From a virus: a stretch of DNA of 64,000 bases. The stretch lies in the IMG/VR virus record IMGVR_UViG_3300012039_000002, positions 99,356 to 163,355 of that record, one strand, 5' to 3'. This document shows, piece after piece, positions 19,647 to 29,187 of this stretch. Positions within the stretch are counted from its first letter, which is position 1. The number at the start of each line of letters is the position of its first letter. The notes below the pieces were generated by a model that was given only the letters and a program-made list of their open reading frames with translations, was not told where the DNA came from and did no database searches. Position numbers and translations under genes: made by a program.

Positions 19647-22005
19647 TATAATAATTGCAACTTACAACCACTTGGAAGATTGTTTAAAGCCTTGCTGCGA
19701 GGCAATTAAGCAATACGTAAACTTAAACGAATGTGAAGTAATTATTGCGGCTAATGGCTGTACAGATGGTACTCGTGAATACGTAGAAAGCTTGGGCGAA
19801 TCCTTTAAGCTTGTTTGGTTTGAGAAGCCCGGTTTTGCCATTCCCGTTAATGCAGCGGCGCAAATAGCTCAGGGCGAGTACTTGTTGTTTCTAAACAACG
19901 ATTGCTTCTTGCTTAAAGACAACGTCATCAATCTTATGTTGGCTGAGTTTGAGAAAGATTCTAAAGTCGGTGTTGTCGGCCCTGAATTTTGCTACAACGA
20001 ATACGCTGATACAAATTATTTGAAGTTCTATTGCGCAATGATGCCCAAGACTCTCTTTGATGAGCTTGGACGATTCGACGTGCTCTTTGCTGATGGTACT
20101 TGTGAAGATGTTGATTTATGTATAAAGACAGAAAAGGCTGGCTATAAGCTTGTTATGGTCACTTTGCCAATCTTTCACAAATTTGGAGTTACTGTAAGGG
20201 AGTTGAAAAACATAAGTCAGATTCTGACCAAAAATGCTCTCAGTCTTGGCAAAAGATATAATTCTAAATGGTATCAGAAATATTATAAGAAAATGTCGGA
20301 AAGACTTTGCGTATCTATTGTTATTGCGACGTATAATCACTTAGAGGACTGCTTAAAGCCTTGCATAGAATCAATACAGAAATACTGCAATCTTAATAAC
20401 AAGGAAGTGATAGTCGTTGCTAACGGATGCACAGACGGAACTAGAGAATATGTTGAGAGTCTGGGAGCTCCGTTTAGACTTATTTGGTTTGACGAGGCAA
20501 TCGGCGCTGCTAGGGCGTACAACGCAGGAATAAAAGAAGCTAAGTACGAAAACATTCTGATTCTTAATAACGACGTCTTTTTCTTAGAACAAGAAAAAGA
20601 CACTCTAATCAATATGCATCTAATACATTTCAACAATCCAAAGATCGGTATTGTGGGTCCTATTAAGTCGGTTAGCGCTCCAATTAATCGAGAATTTATA
20701 ATATTCTTTTGTGCAATGATTCGCAAAGAGGTCTTTGACAAGATTGGCTATCTTGATGAAATTTTCACAGTGGGTGCCGGCGAGGATACAGACTTCTGTT
20801 TGAGGGCTGAGGCTGCTGGTTATAAAATGGCAGTAGCAGGGGAGATGACTGGTCACAATTCTGCTGAGGGTCAAATCACAGGCTCTGTCCCTATCTTTCA
20901 TAAGGGCGAAGCGACTGTACATGATGAAAGTTTGGTCTCGGGCTGGAAGGAGATATTTCAGCGCAATGGTGAGATTCTTGCTGAAAGGTATCCCAAAGTT
21001 GAGGTTGTGGAGCGAAAAGAAATTCTCTGCGTTATTCCGACGAAAGGCAGATATTTTACAACTCTTCCTCTTGCAATTCAGTCTGTAATTTCGCAGACTG
21101 TAAAGCCCGACAGATTAATCGTGTACGATGATGGCGAACATAAAGATTTGAGACAAAACTCTGTTTATCAGTATCTTTTTAGCACACTGGATTCTGCTGG
21201 TATAAAGTGGGAAGTTTCGTTCACAAGAGGCATAGGTCAGCATTTTGCGCATCAAGCTGCTAACACATCTGATTTTAAGTTCGTGTGGCGATTGGACGAC
21301 GATACAGTTGCTCGCCCCGATGTTTTAGAGAAGCTGCTGTCTCATATGCAAGAAGGCATTGGCGCAGTTGCTGGTTCGGTGATTACGCCGGGACAGGAAG
21401 CTAAATCAGATTTTTATGCGACGCATCTTATTGATATAAATAGAATGCCCAATTTGCAATGGGCTAGAGGTGCAGGCGTTTACGAAGTAGAACATCTCTA
21501 TAGTTCGTTTCTGTATAGAACTAACATAGCTGATTATTGTTTGGAGCTTTCAAAGGTAGCTCATAGAGAAGAAACGATTTTTACTCATAGGCTGTTTCGT
21601 GCTGGCTATAAACTTTTAGTAGATAGATCAGCCGTAACTTATCACTACCGCAATCCTGAAGGTGGTATTAGAACCGAAAAGGATCCCAAGCTTTGGGAAC
21701 AGGACGAGGAAATATTTAGAACTGAATTGAGAAAATGGGGCTATAAGTTTATTGCTCTATCTCATGGCCTTGGCGATCATCTTATGTTTGTTAATATCGT
21801 CCCTGAACTTTTAAAGAGATGCAAGACGCTTGTTATGTTTTGCGTTTACGGCGACGTTTTTATGGGGCTGCCAAATGTTATTTGTTTGCCTTTGGGCGAC
21901 GCAGCTGCTTTTGGTTGCAAAGAGACAAGCGTGTATGAATGGATGGTAAAGTACAATTGGAAAAGGAGCATGTTAGAGGCTTATGAAAAACTATATCTTA
22001 ATTAG
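19636..22005 (+). CDS. multidomain glycosyltransferase: three GT2 domains plus GT9-like N-terminal half
   Basis: Two near-duplicate SI(I/V)IATYNHLEDCLKPC domains with LNND; third domain IPTKGR..LDDD; C-terminal GLGDHLM motif. Confidence 0.9.
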   Translation: MKVSIIIATYNHLEDCLKPCCEAIKQYVNLNECEVIIAANGCTDGTREYVESLGESFKLVWFEKPGFAIPVNAAAQIAQGEYLLFLNNDCFLLKDNVINLMLAEFEKDSKVGVVGPEFCYNEYADTNYLKFYCAMMPKTLFDELGRFDVLFADGTCEDVDLCIKTEKAGYKLVMVTLPIFHKFGVTVRELKNISQILTKNALSLGKRYNSKWYQKYYKKMSERLCVSIVIATYNHLEDCLKPCIESIQKYCNLNNKEVIVVANGCTDGTREYVESLGAPFRLIWFDEAIGAARAYNAGIKEAKYENILILNNDVFFLEQEKDTLINMHLIHFNNPKIGIVGPIKSVSAPINREFIIFFCAMIRKEVFDKIGYLDEIFTVGAGEDTDFCLRAEAAGYKMAVAGEMTGHNSAEGQITGSVPIFHKGEATVHDESLVSGWKEIFQRNGEILAERYPKVEVVERKEILCVIPTKGRYFTTLPLAIQSVISQTVKPDRLIVYDDGEHKDLRQNSVYQYLFSTLDSAGIKWEVSFTRGIGQHFAHQAANTSDFKFVWRLDDDTVARPDVLEKLLSHMQEGIGAVAGSVITPGQEAKSDFYATHLIDINRMPNLQWARGAGVYEVEHLYSSFLYRTNIADYCLELSKVAHREETIFTHRLFRAGYKLLVDRSAVTYHYRNPEGGIRTEKDPKLWEQDEEIFRTELRKWGYKFIALSHGLGDHLMFVNIVPELLKRCKTLVMFCVYGDVFMGLPNVICLPLGDAAAFGCKETSVYEWMVKYNWKRSMLEAYEKLYLN

Positions 22006-22441
22006 CCCATGGTCAAAAGAGCTTAGGGACAAGTCATATAATCCTAAAAACTATCCATTTTGGGAAGACGTAATTGAGGTGCTTAAAGAAGAGTACGATA
22101 TTGTTCAAATCGGGGTAGTTGGGGAAAAGCAGCTTGTAGATGATTTTAGGACTAATCTTCCGCTAAGAATAGTGGGTGAGCTTCTTTTGGATCCCGCTTG
22201 TTACATTTGGATCTCAGTTGACAATTTTCTTCCGCATTTAGCACACGTGGTGGGAAAAGAGCCGGGCATTGTTCTTTGGGGACCTTCGGACCCCAACATC
22301 TTCGGATACAAACAAAACAAGAATTTGCTTAAAGCTAGAAAATACTTGCGGCCAGATCAATTTGGCATATGGGATGGGCAGAAATACAATCCAGATGCTT
22401 TTGTGCCTGCTAGTAAAGTCATAGAAGCAGTAAGGGGTTAG
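21983..22441 (+). CDS. GT9 (heptosyltransferase-like) C-terminal half
   Basis: KNYPFW..VQIG..ISVDNFLPHLA..VLWGPSDP..FGY. Confidence 0.75.
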   Translation: MKNYILISPWSKELRDKSYNPKNYPFWEDVIEVLKEEYDIVQIGVVGEKQLVDDFRTNLPLRIVGELLLDPACYIWISVDNFLPHLAHVVGKEPGIVLWGPSDPNIFGYKQNKNLLKARKYLRPDQFGIWDGQKYNPDAFVPASKVIEAVRG

Positions 22442-22442
22442 A

Positions 22443-22904
22443 ATGCTATTTTTTGTTAGAACTACAAAGAGTCTGAGTACGATGTACGCTCGTCTCAAGA
22501 ATTCGTCAGGCGAGTTTTGGGACTTTGTCTCTTTGGCCTGGGTCGCTTTATTCGCTCCAACGTGCAAAGTTCTTTTGCTTGAGTATGATGATGGTGATCC
22601 ATATGAAAGTCTTTATATGGGTGAAGGCGATGTTCCTCCAGGAGGCCCTTGGATAGAAGAGGCTGTAGATAGTGCAACGGGTGAAGTAATAGCATTTGAT
22701 AACAATGTCATGGGAGAGCTTACTTCTATACCAAGTACAAATTCTACGATACAAGAAAAGATTGAATTCATTTATCAATACTTGGCTCTGAAGAGAACAG
22801 CAACTAGTAATTTGGAGACTTTACACAAAGACGACGGCTCGTCTTTAGGTACGGCGATTCTTTCGGACGATGGCACTACTTTTACTAAGAACAAGGTTGT
22901 TTAA
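22443..22904 (+). CDS. putative virion protein, paralog of 2229-3041
   Basis: Shared N-terminal domain of about 90 aa. Confidence 0.65.
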   Translation: MLFFVRTTKSLSTMYARLKNSSGEFWDFVSLAWVALFAPTCKVLLLEYDDGDPYESLYMGEGDVPPGGPWIEEAVDSATGEVIAFDNNVMGELTSIPSTNSTIQEKIEFIYQYLALKRTATSNLETLHKDDGSSLGTAILSDDGTTFTKNKVV

Positions 22905-23134
22905 TGGACGCTAGACAGCGCAGAATGTGGGTTCTCCCTGCTCCCGATACTAATATCGAGAAACGAGATCGATATGAAATAGGCATATTCTATTCGTTCT
23001 TGAGGATGATAGGGACGATCACAAAGCCCATTAGAAGAATATTTGAGTCGCTTGAGAAGCCACCGCATGTTTTTATATCGAAAAAGGGTCCGAACACATT
23101 CATATCATTGCGAAAGACAAGCAAAGATGTTTAA
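22904..23134 (+). CDS. hypothetical protein
   Basis: Start overlaps the upstream stop; F-x-S periodic tail. Confidence 0.55.
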   Translation: MDARQRRMWVLPAPDTNIEKRDRYEIGIFYSFLRMIGTITKPIRRIFESLEKPPHVFISKKGPNTFISLRKTSKDV

Positions 23135-23200
23135 TTTATAACTAAATTGACGAGGTCTGCCGCGGGACTAAAATGCCCTACGCTGAAAGAAAGATAACGA

Positions 23201-24838
23201 TTGAAAACTAACTTGTTAAAGATGATCTTCGTAAAGAAGAAGAATCTAGACTACTTTGATCTGCCTTGTGCAGACAAATTAGAAGACGTTAGAAGGGCAG
23301 TTGTCGATTTGCAGGCTATGGTTTTTTACCTGAATTCTGAACTGTCACAAGGCGTTGTGCTTTCAGAAGTTGTAAAGGTATCGAATAGAGAGTTTCTATC
23401 TAAATACTTAGGGTTAAAAGATAGCCATTTTGCGTCGGCTTCAGAGGACAAGATTAGCAATTACCTTAGAGTTACAGCTACTGACAGATATTTCGTGTTT
23501 AACTATTCTGATAACTTTTTCTTTAATTCTATAAACAAAGATCTCGAAGCAATGTATCGCCCTACTTGGACTGTTCAGTTGCGAATTTGTAGAGGGATTA
23601 TTTTTGATCGTGAAAATGGAGAGCTTGTTTCTTTCCCACTAGAAAAGATATTCAACGTAGGCGAATATAGAGATGGAGAGATTTCACGATTTGCTAAGAA
23701 ATTTGTTGATGTGCCGTCTCAGATGGCTGAAAAGCTTGATGGAATATTAATACAAGCGTTCTACGATAGGCAGAACGACGAAGTGCACTTTAGCACTCGA
23801 TCGCAGATCGATTATGACGACAATGGCTATATAGATACGGCACGTCGGCTAGCGAAACGAACTGGGCGCATTTCAGCGCTAAAAGATTTGCTAAGGCATA
23901 ACAAATCAGTGGCTTTTGAGCTTATTTCTCCCGATCACAGAGTTGTTATTGGATATGGCAAGAAATTTGGGCTGATACTTCATCATGTAAGAGATCTTAA
24001 AACATACAAGACTTTAGACTATATAGAGCTTCAGAAGGTGGCAAAGAGCTTGGGCTTTGCTTCTCCGACTACAGCTCATTTTAATAGCTTTGAGGAGCTC
24101 CTAGATTTTCAGAAGACGAACAAGCAGGCTGAAGGCTATATTGTTAAGTTTGAGGACGGATCCGCAGTTAAGGTTAAGACGAATTCTTATTTTGACAAGC
24201 TTAAGGGTTTGAGATCTCTATCATATGCTTCTATTGCTGAGTCCGTTCTTAATCGTGAAGATTGGAACATATTCAAATACGATAAGATTAAGTCTGAAGA
24301 GCTGTTTAGTGCTGCGAATCATTATCGCGCGAAAATAATTGACCAGTTCGGCGCGTTCGACAAATTCATCCAGCAATTCTGCGAAAAGCTGGTATGCTTT
24401 TCTGGATGGCAGGAATATGGCACTAGGGAAAAACTAGAGGCTATGACTGAATTCAATTACGCTTACATAGAGGCTGTAAACCAGCGCTCCCTCGATCCTG
24501 ACAAGGTCTCAAAAGAAGACTTTCGTATAGCAATCAACTATTGCATCAAATATATGTTGCTACACGATGAGAACGTCATCGATGCTTACAACAAGAAAGT
24601 CATGGAAATCACTGTAAAGGCGCTTCGCACTTCAGCATGGATGGGCGCCAAATTGGAAGAGCTTAATAGATCATACACAGCTGCTTCACTTAGAAAAGAT
24701 TTAGGCGGATCGGCCATGGGAGGCGGAAGCACTTCTATGGGCGGTCTTGGTTCTATAGTATCTGACATTGGGAAACCCATTGTCCCTATGAAGAAAGAAG
24801 AAAAGGACAAACGGAAGAAGGTGGAGGAATGGCACTAA
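23201..24838 (+). CDS. T4 Rnl1-type RNA ligase
   Basis: CRGIIFD, FPLEKIFNVGE, motif I EKLDG, FELISP, EGYIV, KVK; start may be ATG 23222. Confidence 0.85.
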   Translation: MKTNLLKMIFVKKKNLDYFDLPCADKLEDVRRAVVDLQAMVFYLNSELSQGVVLSEVVKVSNREFLSKYLGLKDSHFASASEDKISNYLRVTATDRYFVFNYSDNFFFNSINKDLEAMYRPTWTVQLRICRGIIFDRENGELVSFPLEKIFNVGEYRDGEISRFAKKFVDVPSQMAEKLDGILIQAFYDRQNDEVHFSTRSQIDYDDNGYIDTARRLAKRTGRISALKDLLRHNKSVAFELISPDHRVVIGYGKKFGLILHHVRDLKTYKTLDYIELQKVAKSLGFASPTTAHFNSFEELLDFQKTNKQAEGYIVKFEDGSAVKVKTNSYFDKLKGLRSLSYASIAESVLNREDWNIFKYDKIKSEELFSAANHYRAKIIDQFGAFDKFIQQFCEKLVCFSGWQEYGTREKLEAMTEFNYAYIEAVNQRSLDPDKVSKEDFRIAINYCIKYMLLHDENVIDAYNKKVMEITVKALRTSAWMGAKLEELNRSYTAASLRKDLGGSAMGGGSTSMGGLGSIVSDIGKPIVPMKKEEKDKRKKVEEWH

Positions 24839-25194
24839 TCGATCACTTGCAATGCGGAAGGGTCATCGTTTTCAACTCAATGCTTTTCAAGTTGCGATGG
24901 GCTTTCTGCATTAACTACTCGGCGGATGTTCAAATTATATATAGAGGCTTTTTCGGACTGAGAGCGATAGACAAGAAAACTTTCCTTGGGTTTGCAAGGA
25001 TAGTTGATGTGTTTGACTATATCGATAGGCCGCTTACCGACGCTGAAAAGTTTAAACTTAAGACGGCTCATAAAACTGGCATCATGAAGACTTGCGACAA
25101 TGTAGAGCAATACGTAGACAAGCTCTTCAAGAAAGCTGAAATAAAACTATTCGTAAACCCTGAAGGATGGATTCATGAAGATATCACTAAATAA
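24829..25194 (+). CDS. hypothetical protein
   Basis: GGAGG upstream; overlaps both neighbours. Confidence 0.6.
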   Translation: MALIDHLQCGRVIVFNSMLFKLRWAFCINYSADVQIIYRGFFGLRAIDKKTFLGFARIVDVFDYIDRPLTDAEKFKLKTAHKTGIMKTCDNVEQYVDKLFKKAEIKLFVNPEGWIHEDITK

Positions 25195-25690
25195 CATCAA
25201 GTTCGTTAGAAAAGCCCAGATGGGAACAGCGTCTGCAAGTTCTCGGCTTGGTCTTGAGCGCCCCACTCACAAGTACATTAAGCGGGAGAACTTGGGCAAT
25301 GGGGAATACAAGTATATCTACGAGGATGCCAAGGGGAAGTCTGCTCCCTCTTCTAAGGATACAGAAGCTATGGTTGCTGACTTCACGACTTCTCTCTCAC
25401 GGGACAAGATGTTCAAGAAGTACGCTCAATACTTCGATGCAAAGGACTACACAAATGTAGCTGGCGCTATCATGGCTCGTGGGAAAGATGCTACGCCACA
25501 GGCATTTCTCACGGAGATGCAATACGCCAACAAGCTGTTGGGCCACAAGACAAGTCGTTTTCTACCTACAGGCGTTGCTGCAAAGGAATATAAGAAGCTC
25601 TTCTCACAGGCCGGCAATAGAGTGTCTGAATACAATGCTAAGATTTCTAAGATTGAGGCGGAACTAACTTCTCCAAGCCGAGGTGAATAA
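25175..25690 (+). CDS. putative head-internal protein with HKYIKR motif
   Basis: MKISLNNIKFVRKA N-terminus; HKYIKRENLGNGEYKYIYE. Confidence 0.6.
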   Translation: MKISLNNIKFVRKAQMGTASASSRLGLERPTHKYIKRENLGNGEYKYIYEDAKGKSAPSSKDTEAMVADFTTSLSRDKMFKKYAQYFDAKDYTNVAGAIMARGKDATPQAFLTEMQYANKLLGHKTSRFLPTGVAAKEYKKLFSQAGNRVSEYNAKISKIEAELTSPSRGE

Positions 25691-26511
25691 TGGACGGTTC
25701 ACTTGAAAGGAAAAGATCTGGCTCCAAGTTTCTACGGAAGAAGCTGACAGATGATGGGAAAGTTCGCTATATCTACAAAGAGTCCGAGCCTAGAGGGAAG
25801 AAAGCCGAAGAAGTCCCTCAAGACAAGAAACAACGCTTTATTCAGACTATTGACTCTACTGATAGAGGATTCAAAAACCTCTTCAGCGAAGCGTGCGATG
25901 AAATAGATGACATCCACTATGTTTGCATAAACTCAGGGTGCTCTTCGGTCCAGATGACTAATGACGTTGAGACGTTCTTTGATGTGTTGGATGTGCTGCC
26001 AGAATATCAGGAGAAAGATGTTTTCCGCTCTGCGTCGGGATGTTTTAATGTCAACAAGGGCAAGATTGCCTTTTGCTTAGACAACTTCCCTCAGGATATG
26101 TCGGAAACGATTAAGCAAGTCGTGATGCTACATGAGACTATGCATAGCTTTTTCTATGGAGCGCTCCGGTTAAAACACAAACAGCCTCTGACTGCTGACT
26201 CTTCAGATGACAAAATGGATAAGGATTACATTAAGAAAGCTGTCAAATTCGTTGACAGCTTTGGCAAAATAGATCAAAATATGCGCAAGACAGCTGAAGG
26301 TTCTGTTAAGGAAGTAAAGGGACAAGACAAAGAAACTCTATTGCTGAATCAGATTAGCGCAGCAATGATAAGTGAGTATGCGGCGATTAGCCCTGAAGAG
26401 CACTTCGCCGAAGCTGGTGCTTTCTATTTCATTCTACCCAATGTTCTAAAAACGAAAGAGGCAGAAGTCTACAAGGCTTTCAATGAATTTTTCGAGAAGT
26501 ATGAGGACTAG
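25690..26511 (+). CDS. zincin metallopeptidase-like protein (polyvalent-protein type)
   Basis: LHETMH (HExxH) plus SEYA..PEEHFAEA; N-terminal KFLRKKLTDDGKVRYIY motif. Confidence 0.7.
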   Translation: MDGSLERKRSGSKFLRKKLTDDGKVRYIYKESEPRGKKAEEVPQDKKQRFIQTIDSTDRGFKNLFSEACDEIDDIHYVCINSGCSSVQMTNDVETFFDVLDVLPEYQEKDVFRSASGCFNVNKGKIAFCLDNFPQDMSETIKQVVMLHETMHSFFYGALRLKHKQPLTADSSDDKMDKDYIKKAVKFVDSFGKIDQNMRKTAEGSVKEVKGQDKETLLLNQISAAMISEYAAISPEEHFAEAGAFYFILPNVLKTKEAEVYKAFNEFFEKYED

Positions 26512-26516
26512 TTTTT

Positions 26517-26663
26517 ATGAAGTATATAGTTACGGGCGGTAAAGAAAAAGACTTGCATTACACAATCATAATGGAAAACCAAGACGCAGAAAAGAAAGAA
26601 GCTCCGGCTGATCCTCCGCCTACTAAGTATAAAGAGGAGAAGAAGGAGAAGAAAAGTGGGTAA
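26517..26663 (+). CDS. small charged hypothetical protein (48 aa)
   Basis: ATG-TAA ORF read directly (MKYIVTGGKEK...), filling the gap; below the ORF-track cutoff. Confidence 0.45.
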   Translation: MKYIVTGGKEKDLHYTIIMENQDAEKKEAPADPPPTKYKEEKKEKKSG

Positions 26664-26685
26664 GCAGCGTCTTCGTAAATGGATA

Positions 26686-27075
26686 ATGAACAACCCGTTC
26701 TTTCAGTATCAAGGTCAGTTTAGCAAGTCTGCTTTCATTGCTATGAGTACATGGTTTCTTGTGCTTGTTAAATATCTCATGGCAGGCATGGCTTTTGGCG
26801 TAAGCACTGTTGAGCGTGTAATAGGCGGCCATGTAATTCCAGCGCTGTCATGGGCGTGGACCATTTCATTCAATGGAGAAGCCTCTATTGCTCTTCTAAC
26901 TACATGCTTTGCGCTGTACTTTGGTGGGAAGTTCTCACCGAAGACCAACGGTAAAGCGGAAGATGAACGTGATCAACGTCGTGACATTCGAGAAGATGCA
27001 GCGGCTGAGCGAAAAGACATAAGAGAAGATGCAGCTCAAGACAGAAAAGATATTAGAGAAGGTAAAGGAGCTTAA
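26686..27075 (+). CDS. two-TM membrane protein with 11-aa charged C-terminal repeats (holin-like candidate)
   Basis: Two hydrophobic segments; three R(R/K)DIRE repeats at 11-aa spacing; start placed at ATG 26686. Confidence 0.55.
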   Translation: MNNPFFQYQGQFSKSAFIAMSTWFLVLVKYLMAGMAFGVSTVERVIGGHVIPALSWAWTISFNGEASIALLTTCFALYFGGKFSPKTNGKAEDERDQRRDIREDAAAERKDIREDAAQDRKDIREGKGA

Positions 27076-27077
27076 TC

Positions 27078-28838
27078 ATGCCAGGGTTTGTAAGGACAAA
27101 GAAAGATGAAACGAAATGGTCCCGGGCTAAGGGAGCTGCTGGTGAAAAGGGCGGCGAGACTAAGTGGGCTCTGGCTAATTACATATTCCATAGAATGAAA
27201 AGTCTTGGGATAGATCTTGAAAAGTGCGTCGTTGAAAAGAGTAGCAACACAGGGATGCAGCAGTATTCTTCAGTTGTGTTCCAGACGCCTGGTAAGATAG
27301 GAGAACACGAACTAGAGAATGAGAAGCTTGACTTCCCATCTACTGGCAAGGCTCTCGATTTGACTAGGGTTATCCCTCCAGAATTTCCTTCAACGCCTGA
27401 GACAGGCAAGCCAATTGCTGCTGCATTTGGTTCTCCTGGTCGGCCAAACGAAAAGAGCTGGAACGGTCCTGACACTCAGCGCAAGGGCTCTGATTTTCCT
27501 AACGCTGATGTGCAAGAGTTTGCTAAGAAATCCTTCACAATGGCTGGTCGTAGAGTCAAAATAGTCAAGGGCGGAGATGAAGGCAGTCGTAACGGCAACT
27601 TGGGCGGCTATCCAATTGATGCTACGGAAGATGTCGAAAAGCGCCGGGCTTTCATAGCCAATGAGAAGATGAAAGAGAAGATGAAGGTGCATGAAGACAA
27701 CAAGAAGTATTCTGGCAATAGCACCTTCCAGATCTCTACAGGTCCTGATGCTTATTTGGGTAGAAGCTCTAAGCTTATTCTCATGAAGGGCAAGGAACGA
27801 ATAGGCGAATACACTGTTACATCTCCTGATAAGACCAAAGTGTATAAGCGCGCACCAATTGATCCAAACAAGCCACATGGCATCAATCTGATTCATTATT
27901 CTGCCGAGGCTCTTCGTAAGAAAGAGGAAAGAGCAAAGCGTAAAGTGTCTAAGGGCTCAGCGCTTGGTCAGATTATTCAGCAATGGTATACGCAAAATCA
28001 GCCACTCGACGCCAGTCTAAAGCCTCTTCTTGGCTTTCTTATAAAGAAGGACGACAAGAAAAAGGAAGAGACTGAAAAGGGCATGTCTTCTGAAGAAGTG
28101 CATAAGAAGATTAGGGAAACCACAAAGAAAGAGGGCGGCCCAAGGATCAAGCCTATTAAGAAGCCTGATCTGGGTCCTGACGGTCTTCCTGAAGACTATC
28201 AATCGCACGATCCTGATTTTTCTAAGTGGGCTACAGAATTCAACGCTAAGAAGTCACACGTCAACCCTATTGATGGTGGCATTGGTGACGAATTAGAATA
28301 TAAAGACGTTGACCAGAAAGAACTTGAAGCAGGAATAGAAGTTGAGCAAGAACACGTTGGCAACGATCCTAATATCGACGATGATGAAAAGAAGGTTCGT
28401 GGAGCTGATATTGCTATGGATCACTTGAAAGAGGATCCTAACTACTATACTCACTTGCAGGAAATGGAAAGAAGCGCCAAAGAAGAGAACAAATCAGAAA
28501 CTCAAAAGAAGAAGCTTCTTGCAGTGGACGAAGCAACAAAGTCTATTCCTAGACAAAGAAAGCTAGAAGACACTGTTGCTAGTGCCGAAAAAATGGTGGG
28601 TATTAGAGAGGAAACAGGCGCCAGTCCCGGAGAGCTAAAGACTACAAGAGGACAGCTTAAGGCGTACACAGCCAAGCTCAAGGCCGAAAGAAGGAAGAAC
28701 TCAGGCTTAGTTAAGGCTCAAACAAGAGAAGAAAGAGATCCTTCTAGCAAAGCTTACAAGAAGCTTCAGCGTGAAAATAAAGTGAAGTTTCATGCTGAAC
28801 CAAAGGTATACGTGAAGAAAGAAGAATCAAATGACTAA
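27078..28838 (+). CDS. low-complexity putative head protein with DUF5661-like domain
   Basis: ELEAGIEVEQEH..IAMDHLKEDPNYYTHL; many hydrophobic-x-K-[SAG] sites. Confidence 0.65.
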   Translation: MPGFVRTKKDETKWSRAKGAAGEKGGETKWALANYIFHRMKSLGIDLEKCVVEKSSNTGMQQYSSVVFQTPGKIGEHELENEKLDFPSTGKALDLTRVIPPEFPSTPETGKPIAAAFGSPGRPNEKSWNGPDTQRKGSDFPNADVQEFAKKSFTMAGRRVKIVKGGDEGSRNGNLGGYPIDATEDVEKRRAFIANEKMKEKMKVHEDNKKYSGNSTFQISTGPDAYLGRSSKLILMKGKERIGEYTVTSPDKTKVYKRAPIDPNKPHGINLIHYSAEALRKKEERAKRKVSKGSALGQIIQQWYTQNQPLDASLKPLLGFLIKKDDKKKEETEKGMSSEEVHKKIRETTKKEGGPRIKPIKKPDLGPDGLPEDYQSHDPDFSKWATEFNAKKSHVNPIDGGIGDELEYKDVDQKELEAGIEVEQEHVGNDPNIDDDEKKVRGADIAMDHLKEDPNYYTHLQEMERSAKEENKSETQKKKLLAVDEATKSIPRQRKLEDTVASAEKMVGIREETGASPGELKTTRGQLKAYTAKLKAERRKNSGLVKAQTREERDPSSKAYKKLQRENKVKFHAEPKVYVKKEESND

Positions 28839-29187
28839 AATAGTTGACTGGGACAAGTTCCAGAGCATGACGCCCAGACAAAAATCTGAGATAAATACTT
28901 CGACTATGTTCTCTGAACAGCGCGAGCAGGACGAAGACGATGATTCAGAAAAGAATGTCGGATTGAAAAAGATGGAAGAAGAAGTCCCGATCGAGTGGCC
29001 CGACGAAACAGAGAAGTCTAAAGCAAGCTCTATTTATACCACGCCGGGAGCACTTGTTTCTAGAACTTCTGGCGGAAAAGAGGGCGTCAATTTGATGCAT
29101 GAAATCGATAAGTTTAAGAGAAAAGAACCCTCAGAATTGGATCCCAAAAAGCCTACAGAGGAAACAGATGCAAATAAAGTTCAATAA
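28831..29187 (+). CDS. acidic hypothetical protein
   Basis: Overlaps both neighbours. Confidence 0.55.
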   Translation: MTKIVDWDKFQSMTPRQKSEINTSTMFSEQREQDEDDDSEKNVGLKKMEEEVPIEWPDETEKSKASSIYTTPGALVSRTSGGKEGVNLMHEIDKFKRKEPSELDPKKPTEETDANKVQ

